DNA from: a virus
Strand: one strand, 5' to 3'
Length of the DNA: 64,000 bases
IMG/VR virus record: IMGVR_UViG_3300034071_001262
A program made the position numbers and the translations under genes. Shown piece by piece: positions 1-8,355 of the stretch. The notes under the pieces are model-generated. The model did not search any database. It saw only the letters and a program-made list of their open reading frames with translations, and was not told where the DNA came from. How positions within the stretch are numbered: position 1 is the stretch's first letter; each line of letters starts with the position of its first letter.

Positions 1-5
1 ACCCC

Positions 6-33
6 TTGACATGGACGATATACATGGTATGAT
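6..33 (+). promoter_or_regulatory. sigma70-type promoter TTGACA-16-TATGAT with CGATA in the spacer
   Basis: TTGACA 6-11, TATGAT 28-33; shares 16 identical nt (CTTGACATGGACGATA) with the rIIA promoter. Confidence 0.75.
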
Positions 34-51
34 CGTGGAAAAGGAGTCGTT

Positions 52-291
52 ATGGTTGCTGCAAATACTGCTGTTTTTGACATGGTTTTGGAAGCGGATT
101 GTCGTCTATGTTATAAGACGTATCTTATCTTCCTTCGTCGTGAAGATTATACGTCATGGATGTCTGGTTCTGGATTTGTTCAAGACCTTCTTCCATATCT
201 TACTGCCGGTGAGCGTGAGTTGCTCATCAGTAGCACTTGCTCCGATTGCTTCGATAAACTTTTTCCGCCCGATGTTGACAACGACGCCTGA
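52..291 (+). CDS. hypothetical protein, possible Zn-binding (CxxC...CxxC)
   Basis: AAGGAG RBS just upstream of ATG 52; CRLC and CSDC motifs. Confidence 0.65.
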   Translation: MVAANTAVFDMVLEADCRLCYKTYLIFLRREDYTSWMSGSGFVQDLLPYLTAGERELLISSTCSDCFDKLFPPDVDNDA

Positions 292-302
292 CGCTGTATA
301 AT
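275..302 (+). promoter_or_regulatory. sigma70-type promoter TTGACA-16-TATAAT
   Basis: consensus hexamers upstream of the AGGAG RBS of the 332 gene. Confidence 0.75.
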
Positions 303-331
303 ACGAGAAACCTTCCCACTACTAGGAGATA

Positions 332-1537
332 ATGATGAGCGATTATAACCGTTTGACGATTGCTTCCGATAAGGACACTGGTTCGTTTGTTCGTAATTTG
401 CAGGGTGCTACTGGCACTGGCTTTGCAGATGGTACGCATGTTCATAAGGATTGGTGGTCGAAAACCAAGTCTTACGAAGATGTCATGCAGGAAGCACAGA
501 CTGCCGTTGATAATCGTGAGGATATTCTGACTGAAATCAAGAATATTTCTTGCGTTGTTCACAATAACGAGTTCCGTTTCCGCGTTGCGGATGGTCGAAC
601 GTTTCGTCCTACTGACCATTGCATCGAGCAGTTCAGCGTTCGAACGGGCGTGACTTCCTCGTCGTTCCTTCGTGAGATGCGAAACATCGAGGGGTTTGAT
701 GATAACGATGCGTCTACGATGGTCGCCGTTGGCAATAATGCCATGCGTCGAATCGAAGCGGATAAGAAGTTCCGCATCCGCACCTATACCGATGGTACTG
801 CTAGGGCATTCGTGACTGAGCAATACGCCCCAGTGGATAACCGTTGGTATCTCGACGTTGTTCGTGAGTTTATTCCCGATGGTCGATTCAGCCATTGGAA
901 GGGCGACGAGGATACCATCTATGGTAACGTTCTTATTCCCGATACCATTATGGACTACGGGCAGGATGATGATACGGATTATGGTGGAATGATTAGTGTC
1001 GGAAATTGTGAGGTTGGCACTCGCCGTATCTCGCAGGTTCCTAGCCTGTTTCGTGCCATCTGCTTGAATGGTTGCATTTGGGGTCAGACTGCGGGCGAAA
1101 AGATTCGTCGTGTTCATCGTGGCAATATTGATCTCGCCAAACTGAAGTTGGAAATCGCTGAGAATATTCAGCAGCAGATTCCTCTTCTGTCGCCGGGTAT
1201 CAAGCAGTTCCTCGCCACTCGCTCGTTGCAGATTGGCAAGAGCAGCACGAAGGGTGTCATCGCCGCAGTGTCGTCGGATTATAAACTGTCGAAGCGTGAG
1301 GCTACGGAGTTTCTGGAACAGTATGTGACGCATGAAACGCATGAGTCAAACCTGTTCGGAATCATCGCGGGCGTCACCCGTGCGGGACAGAAGTTTGATA
1401 ATAAGACTTGGGTCCGCATGGATGAGATTGGCGGATCGCTGATGGCTACTTCTGCGGATCGTTGGGCTACGCTTCTGCGTCGTGCAGATACGTTCAATGA
1501 TAAGGACTACGAGAAGATTTTCGCCCTAACGGCTTGA
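332..1537 (+). CDS. DUF932-like phage/plasmid protein
   Basis: ARAFVTEQYAPVDN, ISVGNCEVG, FRAICLNG, RRVHRG resemble DUF932-family motifs; strong RBS. Confidence 0.6.
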   Translation: MMSDYNRLTIASDKDTGSFVRNLQGATGTGFADGTHVHKDWWSKTKSYEDVMQEAQTAVDNREDILTEIKNISCVVHNNEFRFRVADGRTFRPTDHCIEQFSVRTGVTSSSFLREMRNIEGFDDNDASTMVAVGNNAMRRIEADKKFRIRTYTDGTARAFVTEQYAPVDNRWYLDVVREFIPDGRFSHWKGDEDTIYGNVLIPDTIMDYGQDDDTDYGGMISVGNCEVGTRRISQVPSLFRAICLNGCIWGQTAGEKIRRVHRGNIDLAKLKLEIAENIQQQIPLLSPGIKQFLATRSLQIGKSSTKGVIAAVSSDYKLSKREATEFLEQYVTHETHESNLFGIIAGVTRAGQKFDNKTWVRMDEIGGSLMATSADRWATLLRRADTFNDKDYEKIFALTA

Positions 1538-1552
1538 TATATGTGGGAGGGA

Positions 1553-1593
1553 AGGGTTGGCGGGCATCATATATAAGTTATCCCGCCAGCCCT
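1553..1593 (+). other. 12-bp GC-rich stem-loop with an AT-rich 17-nt loop and no U-tract
   Basis: AGGGTTGGCGGG / CCCGCCAGCCCT. Confidence 0.6.
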
Positions 1594-1618
1594 CTCTACA
1601 CACTACATAGGAGTATAT

Positions 1619-1876
1619 ATGCCAAAATATAAAGTTCGAATGAATTACGTGGAAGCAAAAGCGGCAGAGTTTGTGGTCGAGGCAAAAGACCCTGACGAAC
1701 TTCATGATCTTATTGGTGAACTGGATCTAGACTTTGTTGAGGAAAACGCTGGATTCTTCACCGCAGATTATGAGCCGCCAGTAATCGAAGATTATAAGAA
1801 AGTGAATAAGGATACGCCTGTGCATCGTAAGATTCAAGATGCGATGGATGAAATCAAAACTGCTTGGGAAGCGTAG
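1619..1876 (+). CDS. hypothetical protein
   Basis: AGGAG RBS; 85-aa acidic ORF. Confidence 0.75.
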   Translation: MPKYKVRMNYVEAKAAEFVVEAKDPDELHDLIGELDLDFVEENAGFFTADYEPPVIEDYKKVNKDTPVHRKIQDAMDEIKTAWEA

Positions 1877-1891
1877 CGAAACCGTGGTCGC

Positions 1892-1971
1892 CGTAAGTCC
1901 TTATTGGCAAAGGATTTACGTGCGGCCCGGCCCGCCCCAGTTTCTATAAGTCATTGCCACGAAAGGACTTA
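1892..1971. repeat. two imperfect palindromes TAAGTC(C/A)TT-N7-AAGGA(C/T)TTA
   Basis: copies at 1892-1920 and 1947-1971, separated by a GC-rich linker. Confidence 0.75.
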
Positions 1972-1973
1972 GG

Positions 1974-2001
1974 TTGACATCCCATCAGTACGTGGTATAA
2001 T
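1974..2001 (+). promoter_or_regulatory. sigma70-type promoter TTGACA-16-TATAAT with extended -10 TG
   Basis: consensus hexamers directly after the second palindrome. Confidence 0.7.
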
Positions 2002-2081
2002 GGATGGTATAGGAGTAATATTTCTAATGCACCACCCGAGTAGGGGGGTATGGGCTGGGCCATATGTCGTATCTTATCTTT

Positions 2082-2582
2082 TAAGATTGCTCCAGATGCC
2101 CACAGTCAGCTAAAGTGCCTATATGTGGCATTTTGTTTCTACTGTGTATATTGCCCAATTTGACATTCAATAGGACTGTCCAACCAAAATATATAAGATT
2201 GCTCCCTGTGCTGGTAGTCAGCTAGTTTTGTCTTTGCTAAATATATAAGATTGGTTCTTGTGGTGGTAGTCAGCTAAAATTAACTGATGTACTAGTAGTA
2301 TTTTTGACGATAATATAGTATGTGATAGATGTAAATCATAACACCCTCTTGGTATATAATTTATGCATAAGATGAAGTATATCATAAGACGTATAGACGG
2401 GGCCAATGGTAATGATTTTTACTATGGTCCATTTGATAGTTCAGAGGCCGCGTGGGCTTGGGTGGATGAGGAGCTTAGTATACATCTCACACATAGTACA
2501 TTTACTTTATTAACTATGCGGCTTGCCTCATGATTGTCTTACTTAATCTACTAAGATTGCTGGTCATGTTGACAGTCAGCTA
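2082..2582 (+). repeat. four direct bipartite repeats TAAGATTG-N14-AGTCAGCTA
   Basis: copies at 2082-2112, 2194-2224, 2246-2276, 2552-2582; arms invariant, spacer always 14 nt. Confidence 0.9.
2372..2533 (+). CDS. small hypothetical protein (53 aa, MKYIIRRIDGANGNDFYYGPFDSSEAAWAW...)
   Basis: below the ORF-track cutoff; YGPF.S.E.A pattern typical of small phage proteins. Confidence 0.55.
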   Translation: MKYIIRRIDGANGNDFYYGPFDSSEAAWAWVDEELSIHLTHSTFTLLTMRLAS

Positions 2583-2608
2583 GATTGCCCCTATATAGGA
2601 GATATATA

Positions 2609-2824
2609 ATGAAGGATAGATTTGACCTTGAACAAGAAATTATGAGCCTGTCTAATTATGTTGATCAAATTAGTCTTATTAGGATGGCCGTAGATAATGG
2701 AGATATAGAAGTAGCATCAAAAGCCCTAGAAGGATTATCTGCTACGCTTGATCTACATAGAGAGAGACTATTTGATACAATGTGTCAAGTGCTACATATA
2801 GACGAATACAACTCTGAGATTTAG
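2609..2824 (+). CDS. hypothetical protein
   Basis: AGGAGA RBS before ATG 2609 (MKDRFDLEQEI). Confidence 0.7.
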   Translation: MKDRFDLEQEIMSLSNYVDQISLIRMAVDNGDIEVASKALEGLSATLDLHRERLFDTMCQVLHIDEYNSEI

Positions 2825-3144
2825 TCTTGAGCGCCTTCGGTATATCTTTCCACGATCAGTCTAACAATGTAGGATATAATCTGACCGGCTAGAAATATCC
2901 ATATAAATGATGGTATAAAATAGGATCTTTTTGCATCCTGTAAATCCACTCGATCCATTATGTATTTCTTAAGGTCTTTTCTTAGTTCCCTCTTATTCTT
3001 GAATGGAAAGTCGCCAGCTTGTTGTAGCCATTCTTCAGCGTGTTTCATACACTCAGATGCTAACAGACTAGTCTCTGTAGAGTAATTTGGGTTACTAAAC
3101 TTAGACTCAACCTCGTCGTATATCTGTTTCTTGTCAATTTTCAT
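2821..3144 (-). CDS. hypothetical protein with C-terminal hydrophobic segment
   Basis: only convincing minus-strand gene; converges on the 2609 gene. Confidence 0.7.
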   Translation of the reverse strand: MKIDKKQIYDEVESKFSNPNYSTETSLLASECMKHAEEWLQQAGDFPFKNKRELRKDLKKYIMDRVDLQDAKRSYFIPSFIWIFLAGQIISYIVRLIVERYTEGAQD

Positions 3145-3636
3145 AAGTCACGTTTTTCCCAGAGTTAATACACTTTTACACCATAGAGGAATACACATTT
3201 ATCATTTAGGCAAGAGTAAATCCCAACACTTTTACTTCTTTCTGCTAAAATTGTCTAGATTAACGGTCCTATGAGTAAAAAAGCCATACAAAACATACAA
3301 CATACACTACAATCAACTCTGCTAAAGCAGTTTATTATCAAGCAAAAATGGCGTTTTTGACAAACAAAAATTTGGGTATTGTGGGTTTAACATCCCAATT
3401 GCACAAAAAATGTGGCAAAATTGTGGGTTTGTGGCCCTCTTGTTACTTATTGTGAGCCGCGCACGTTGTAAGCATAAAATCCAGACATAGACATTCTCTC
3501 TTCCTTATGTTGTATGTAGTGTTTATATATGTATATTTTCTATATATTATGTATGTATGTGTGTTTTTGTACGTTCCAATCCCTACTATCTAGTACAGTC
3601 TAGTTAGGGAGAAAAAAATATCTTTTGGGAGAAAAA

Positions 3637-3738
3637 ATGATTTTAAATTACATTCTCATACTTTCTTCTATATATTTAACTCTTGGTCTTATACCAATTG
3701 CTTATTTAATTTGTTTACTAGCGAATAAGAAAAAATAA
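3637..3738 (+). CDS. small membrane peptide (33 aa)
   Basis: GGGAG RBS; MILNYILILSSIYLTLGLIPIAYLICLLANKKK. Confidence 0.45.
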   Translation: MILNYILILSSIYLTLGLIPIAYLICLLANKKK

Positions 3739-3739
3739 C

Positions 3740-3925
3740 ATGGCTAAAAAACAAACTCCAAAAATTAAATCAGTAAAATGTGTAGACTGTAATAAGAAGA
3801 CTACAAACTATTATACCTCGTCAATCAATTCTGGCAAGATCAGTAGATGTAGCAATTGTCATGAATTATGGATAATAAGATCCACTAGATATGATTCAAG
3901 ATATATAGAGATTGGCGAAAAGTAA
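3740..3925 (+). CDS. small Zn-finger-like protein
   Basis: CVDC...CSNC. Confidence 0.6.
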   Translation: MAKKQTPKIKSVKCVDCNKKTTNYYTSSINSGKISRCSNCHELWIIRSTRYDSRYIEIGEK

Positions 3926-3930
3926 TGAAA

Positions 3931-3958
3931 TTGACTTACATGTAATTCATGCTATAAT
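3931..3958 (+). promoter_or_regulatory. sigma70-type promoter TTGACT-16-TATAAT
   Basis: near-consensus hexamers in an intergenic position. Confidence 0.6.
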
Positions 3959-4078
3959 GGGTATACATCATGAAAGAACCTCAAAAAATATCAATGAGTA
4001 ATATTACAGCAAAAAAAGTACCATTGAGGCGTCTTTTACCACTAAACAGCGAGCAAGAAGAGAATAAAAAAGAAAACC

Positions 4079-4513
4079 ATGAAGATAATCAAAAGGGCAA
4101 TAAAGTTAAGTTATGACAGATTTAGACCAAATGCTTATCAACGTAGGTATCATTTTGCTATTGCTTTCGATGGAAACAGACCAATATTGATATCTGAAAA
4201 TAATCCAATTAAAGTAAACTGTAAAGCTTACAAAATTGGTCAAAGATTTAACATAAAAACCTATGTAGAATTTCCATATATACATGCTGAAAGCCATCTT
4301 GTTTCTAAATTGCTTGATATGTATAATGCCATTGATCCTAATTGGTCGATTGTTGTTACTAGAATTAATAGGCAAGGACGATTACTATTAAGCAAGCCAT
4401 GCATAAATTGTGAAAAAATATTGAGAGCAGTAAATATCAGCAATATTTATTGGAGTATTGATAAAGACACATTTGGTTCATATGATATGGGGGGACTTGT
4501 TCATACTTTATGA
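4079..4513 (+). CDS. cytidine/deoxycytidylate deaminase-fold protein
   Basis: HAE and PCINC zinc-binding motifs. Confidence 0.75.
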   Translation: MKIIKRAIKLSYDRFRPNAYQRRYHFAIAFDGNRPILISENNPIKVNCKAYKIGQRFNIKTYVEFPYIHAESHLVSKLLDMYNAIDPNWSIVVTRINRQGRLLLSKPCINCEKILRAVNISNIYWSIDKDTFGSYDMGGLVHTL

Positions 4514-4887
4514 ATGGAATAAATATACAATATCCTTGGTCAAAATTATTGATTGATCAAGAAAAATGCGTTGAAACTAGATCATATCCACTTCCAAAAA
4601 AATACATAGGTATAGAACTAGCACTAATAGAGACACCCGGAAGAAAAGAAAAATTTAAATCCAGTATAATTGGTACAATAACATTTAGTCATAGTTTTAA
4701 ATATGAAACCATATATGATTTTGAATCTGATTTTAATAGACATTTGGTGCCTATTGATGATAAAAACTACGGTTGGAAAAATGATAAAGATAAATATGGC
4801 TGGGTTGTATGCAATATAAACAAATTTGATGAATCGATAAAGTTAAACTCTATAGGTGGAATAGTCTTTAGAAAGAACGTACTTTGA
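4510..4887 (+). CDS. ASCH domain protein
   Basis: INIQYPWSKLLIDQEKCVETRS matches the ASCH I.QPW...GxKxxExR pattern. Confidence 0.75.
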   Translation: MNGINIQYPWSKLLIDQEKCVETRSYPLPKKYIGIELALIETPGRKEKFKSSIIGTITFSHSFKYETIYDFESDFNRHLVPIDDKNYGWKNDKDKYGWVVCNINKFDESIKLNSIGGIVFRKNVL

Positions 4888-5111
4888 TGAATAGACTTAG
4901 TGATCCAATTACATATATACTAGATAGACTAAAAAGCGGCCACTCTATAGAAAAATTTGATGTGCTAAACGCGGCTGATCATTGGGATAAGTTAAAGAAT
5001 AAAGCCCCAGTTGCTTATGCGAAAAGGGCAAAAGATGGTCAATTATATGACCTCAGATTAACTTTTAACCCATATGAGAACCAAAACTATGTCGTGCCGT
5101 TGTTTGATTAA
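4884..5111 (+). CDS. hypothetical protein
   Basis: coupled ORF within the operon. Confidence 0.6.
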   Translation: MMNRLSDPITYILDRLKSGHSIEKFDVLNAADHWDKLKNKAPVAYAKRAKDGQLYDLRLTFNPYENQNYVVPLFD

Positions 5112-5280
5112 GCATCTACCAATATACCTAATATTTTGTGGATTATTTGCCATATCTCTTGGAATGAATATCATCCATATTAATAGATTACAAGTACAGT
5201 CAAATATGATTAATAGAATGATGACATATATTACTTACATGAATATCATCAATAATGATACATATAAAAATAACAGATAA
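5074..5280 (+). CDS. hypothetical membrane protein
   Basis: one hydrophobic segment; start uncertain. Confidence 0.45.
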   Translation: MRTKTMSCRCLIKHLPIYLIFCGLFAISLGMNIIHINRLQVQSNMINRMMTYITYMNIINNDTYKNNR

Positions 5281-5434
5281 GATAGATGCTAATTTACTTA
5301 TTCAAAAAATTCAAGATTTAATTTCAAAATCAGACACTGATAAAGATTCATTCCTTCAAATAAGAATTGTTAATATTGCATACGATAATACTGCTTCAAT
5401 ACCCAAACTAGAACAAAAGTAACTAAAGTTCTGC

Positions 5435-5463
5435 TTGACAGATGACGATAACTATGGTATACT
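5435..5463 (+). promoter_or_regulatory. sigma70-type promoter TTGACA-17-TATACT with CGATA in the spacer
   Basis: hexamers plus GACGATA spacer motif. Confidence 0.7.
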
Positions 5464-5489
5464 CTAAAGAACCCATAGGAGCTGTATTC

Positions 5490-5834
5490 ATGGCAAAATT
5501 AAGAAAACAAGTTTCTTTAGATTTTTTAGATTACTCAAAAACAACAATTAATAATTTACTAGCCAGCAATATTCCACAATCTTGCAAGCAAAAACTTTGC
5601 ATAATGATGGAAAAACTACTAAGAGATACTAAGTCTTACAATGGTTTTTCATATTTGTATTGGAGTAAGTTTGGTTTCTTAGATTGGAATGAACAAAAGG
5701 GTGGTATGTTTTCTAAAATGAACATGGGGCAGTCTGTCAATGTGCCTCAAGAGTTTATTACTGGTCCAGATTATAAAGATGATCCAAATTTTGTGAGCGA
5801 TATTCAAGGCGAGTTTTCCAGAAACTATAAGTGA
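5490..5834 (+). CDS. hypothetical protein
   Basis: AGGAG RBS before ATG 5490. Confidence 0.7.
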   Translation: MAKLRKQVSLDFLDYSKTTINNLLASNIPQSCKQKLCIMMEKLLRDTKSYNGFSYLYWSKFGFLDWNEQKGGMFSKMNMGQSVNVPQEFITGPDYKDDPNFVSDIQGEFSRNYK

Positions 5835-5841
5835 GGTAATA

Positions 5842-6249
5842 ATGCCAAAAGGTAAGAAATCCTGTAAAAAGTGTGGTGCTTTGTGTGGTGCTAGAGCATA
5901 TGTTTGTGCTGAATGTGGCTCAAACTTCACATTTAAGGATAGTGTAAAGACTAAGAAAAACAAGAGATTTATTAAAATAGATTGGAAGTCACTTGAAAAG
6001 GGCGATAGAATAAAAGTTAAGGGTGGTCCATATTATAGTAATGGACAAGAATCAATATCTATGGGCCATAAAGGATCATTTATGGTTGAATCTTTAGACG
6101 AAAATGGTATTAGGGCTTTTGGTGTAGATAAAAATAGTGGCTTTTGTCATATTTATATGGGGCCAGATACATATCATAATGATACTGGAATATATAAAAC
6201 AAAACATAAGTTAATAAAATTACAGAAGCATCAACCTTCCATCACTTAA
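5842..6249 (+). CDS. hypothetical protein with N-terminal zinc ribbon
   Basis: CKKCG...CAECG. Confidence 0.7.
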   Translation: MPKGKKSCKKCGALCGARAYVCAECGSNFTFKDSVKTKKNKRFIKIDWKSLEKGDRIKVKGGPYYSNGQESISMGHKGSFMVESLDENGIRAFGVDKNSGFCHIYMGPDTYHNDTGIYKTKHKLIKLQKHQPSIT

Positions 6250-6285
6250 TGTGTATACTATGTATGGAATTTGGAATACACTAAT

Positions 6286-6711
6286 ATGTTTTTTAATTTT
6301 CACAAAGATCTATTTGGAAGATCGTCATCTTGGAAAAAGGTCAGAGATGAATTTCTAAAAAACAACAAACAATGTGCTGCATGTGGAAGAAAAACAAGAC
6401 TAGAAGTTCATCATATTATACCATATCACGTAGATAACACCAAGGAATTAGATACTAGTAATTTAATAACTTTATGTGATGATTATTGTCATTTTATTTT
6501 TGGACATTTGGGCGATTGGAAGAGTTGGAATACTGATGTTGTTAATGACTGTAATGAATACTATAATAAAAGGGTCCATCGTCCACATTTAATAAAATTC
6601 AAACATATGCAGCTACCAAAGGAGTATAAAAATGAAAATAATCATATTCATGGTAGCAATTTTATTAAATCAATGTGCAATTGGTGGCACAATTTTACCA
6701 AAAGTCGATGA
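6286..6711 (+). CDS. HNH endonuclease
   Basis: CAACG...LEVHH...NLITLC...CH. Confidence 0.8.
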   Translation: MFFNFHKDLFGRSSSWKKVRDEFLKNNKQCAACGRKTRLEVHHIIPYHVDNTKELDTSNLITLCDDYCHFIFGHLGDWKSWNTDVVNDCNEYYNKRVHRPHLIKFKHMQLPKEYKNENNHIHGSNFIKSMCNWWHNFTKSR

Positions 6712-7420
6712 TACAAAGTATACTAACTATGGTGAAAAACATGAATGCGTACTTAAAATTAAATGTTATGTGTTAAAAGATGGGGTAAAGTATCACTATA
6801 TCGCATCGTGTGTATTAATTAAACCAACAATAATATTGACTGCTGCACATGTAATATCTGAAAGTAATAAGTCAGTTATCATTCATGAAAACGAAGAAAT
6901 AGAAATTGATTTGTCACTATATCCATCTTCTTTTGATGAAGATGAAAAATCTAACAAGATATCTCCAAATGACATAGCAATAGGACATTTGACTAAACCA
7001 ATAGAAATATCATACTATCCAGAACTATATGAAAATCAAGATGAATTAAATAAAATATGCAGTATTAGCGGCTTTGGAAATAGTGGAACACATGATATTG
7101 GATGTTTTCGTGTAGATGGAAAGAAAAGAGCCGGATCTAATAGAATTAGCTCAGTGACAGATGGTATGCTAGAATGCTCATTACTAGATAGACCAAATAC
7201 AGAATTAGAATTTTTAATAGCAAATGGTGATAGTGGTGGTGGTTTGTTTATAGCAAATAGGTTAGCTGGAATCAATTCATCAATTTATACTTCACATAAG
7301 GATAAAAAACTAAACTCTGATTATAATGATCGATCTCTACATACTAGAATAAGTACGCATAAGAATTGGATAGATAGGATGACAAAAATTATTGAAACTA
7401 CTATGGATAATAAGGAATAA
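6632..7420 (+). CDS. trypsin-like (S1) serine protease with signal peptide
   Basis: LTAAH, DIAI, GDSGGG catalytic motifs; hydrophobic N-terminus. Confidence 0.9.
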   Translation: MKIIIFMVAILLNQCAIGGTILPKVDDTKYTNYGEKHECVLKIKCYVLKDGVKYHYIASCVLIKPTIILTAAHVISESNKSVIIHENEEIEIDLSLYPSSFDEDEKSNKISPNDIAIGHLTKPIEISYYPELYENQDELNKICSISGFGNSGTHDIGCFRVDGKKRAGSNRISSVTDGMLECSLLDRPNTELEFLIANGDSGGGLFIANRLAGINSSIYTSHKDKKLNSDYNDRSLHTRISTHKNWIDRMTKIIETTMDNKE

Positions 7421-7422
7421 TT

Positions 7423-7614
7423 ATGAATGACATTGATCAATGGTTGAATAAAATAAGAAAAAATAAATCTCAATATGCTATAGCATTAAAAAATATTGAC
7501 AATCATCAAGTACTAAAATTAAGAAGAGAAGCGGCAGAGGCTGGTTTTGAAATGACTCCATCAGAAGTATACTCATATTTAAATATTTTACGAGATATAG
7601 TGCTGGACAAATAA
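7423..7614 (+). CDS. hypothetical protein
   Basis: AAGGA RBS; in operon. Confidence 0.6.
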   Translation: MNDIDQWLNKIRKNKSQYAIALKNIDNHQVLKLRREAAEAGFEMTPSEVYSYLNILRDIVLDK

Positions 7615-7618
7615 ATAT

Positions 7619-7987
7619 ATGGATCATTTCTTTATTAAAGATATGTCTAGATTTTGTGAAATCCTTAGAAAGGAAGCCGTATTTTCGCTATCTGATAACA
7701 TATCAGAAAAAACCAATATAGATGAATTTATAACACTTCGACAATGCGAAGAAATAGTTAATAGAAAATGTAAAACTCATGATGAATCTGGTGTAAAAAT
7801 ACTTAATGAAGATATATATGCGAATATGTTATACGAAATTGCAGAACAAATATATCAGTCCGCGTTGTCAAAACTGGCAGCAAGCGACATAATAGAATGT
7901 GCTTGGGACGACAAGTCTCAAAAAATGATATTTTGGACGTATAAAGATAATAATCTACATAATATAAATTATACACCATTACAATAG
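7619..7987 (+). CDS. hypothetical protein
   Basis: in-operon ORF. Confidence 0.7.
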   Translation: MDHFFIKDMSRFCEILRKEAVFSLSDNISEKTNIDEFITLRQCEEIVNRKCKTHDESGVKILNEDIYANMLYEIAEQIYQSALSKLAASDIIECAWDDKSQKMIFWTYKDNNLHNINYTPLQ

Positions 7988-8054
7988 TATGATATTTTGA
8001 GTAGTGGCAAACTCAGAATGTCTTGATTTTAGTGCCACAATTTTGGAGGTTAGA

Positions 8055-8279
8055 ATGTCAGCAATGCTAAGTAAGCAGGACAAGGTTTTTAATTATCTAT
8101 CTAGTGGTAGAACACTATCGGCCGATAGTGCGTTTGGTATGTTTGGTGTTTCTAATCTACGTGCTACTGTTAGCGACATCAAGGAACTAGCTCATAGTTC
8201 TGGATTTAATGTTGTAAGAACAGTTGGCCGTAGCGGCGAAACAAGATATGGTTTTGCTAATCGTAGGCGTAGAGGTTGA
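8055..8279 (+). CDS. small basic winged-helix-like protein
   Basis: GGAGG RBS; KVFNYL...TLS...FGVSNLRATVSDIK resembles small phage HTH proteins. Confidence 0.6.
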   Translation: MSAMLSKQDKVFNYLSSGRTLSADSAFGMFGVSNLRATVSDIKELAHSSGFNVVRTVGRSGETRYGFANRRRRG

Positions 8280-8307
8280 TATTTGGTTTAATTAGCCATA
8301 GAGTTTT

Positions 8308-8353
8308 TGCGTCATTTTTCTGTATACTGAAAAAGACGCATTTTTTATTTTTT
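8308..8353 (+). terminator. intrinsic terminator
   Basis: TGCGTC..TTTTTC / GAAAAAGACGCA hairpin followed by a T-tract. Confidence 0.65.
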
Positions 8354-8355
8354 GA

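Noticed and set aside
227-1342. 371-aa minus-strand ORF
   Set aside because: Antisense shadow of the 332-1537 gene; no RBS or motifs, and explained by the sense gene's codon bias
2027-2113. 28-aa ORF after the 1974 promoter
   Set aside because: Very short, runs through a G-tract and repeat copy 1; cannot be supported as a protein
2082-2582. Repeats as a CRISPR or mini-CRISPR array
   Set aside because: Variable part is inside the repeat, inter-repeat gaps are 81, 21 and 275 nt, and no cas operon is present
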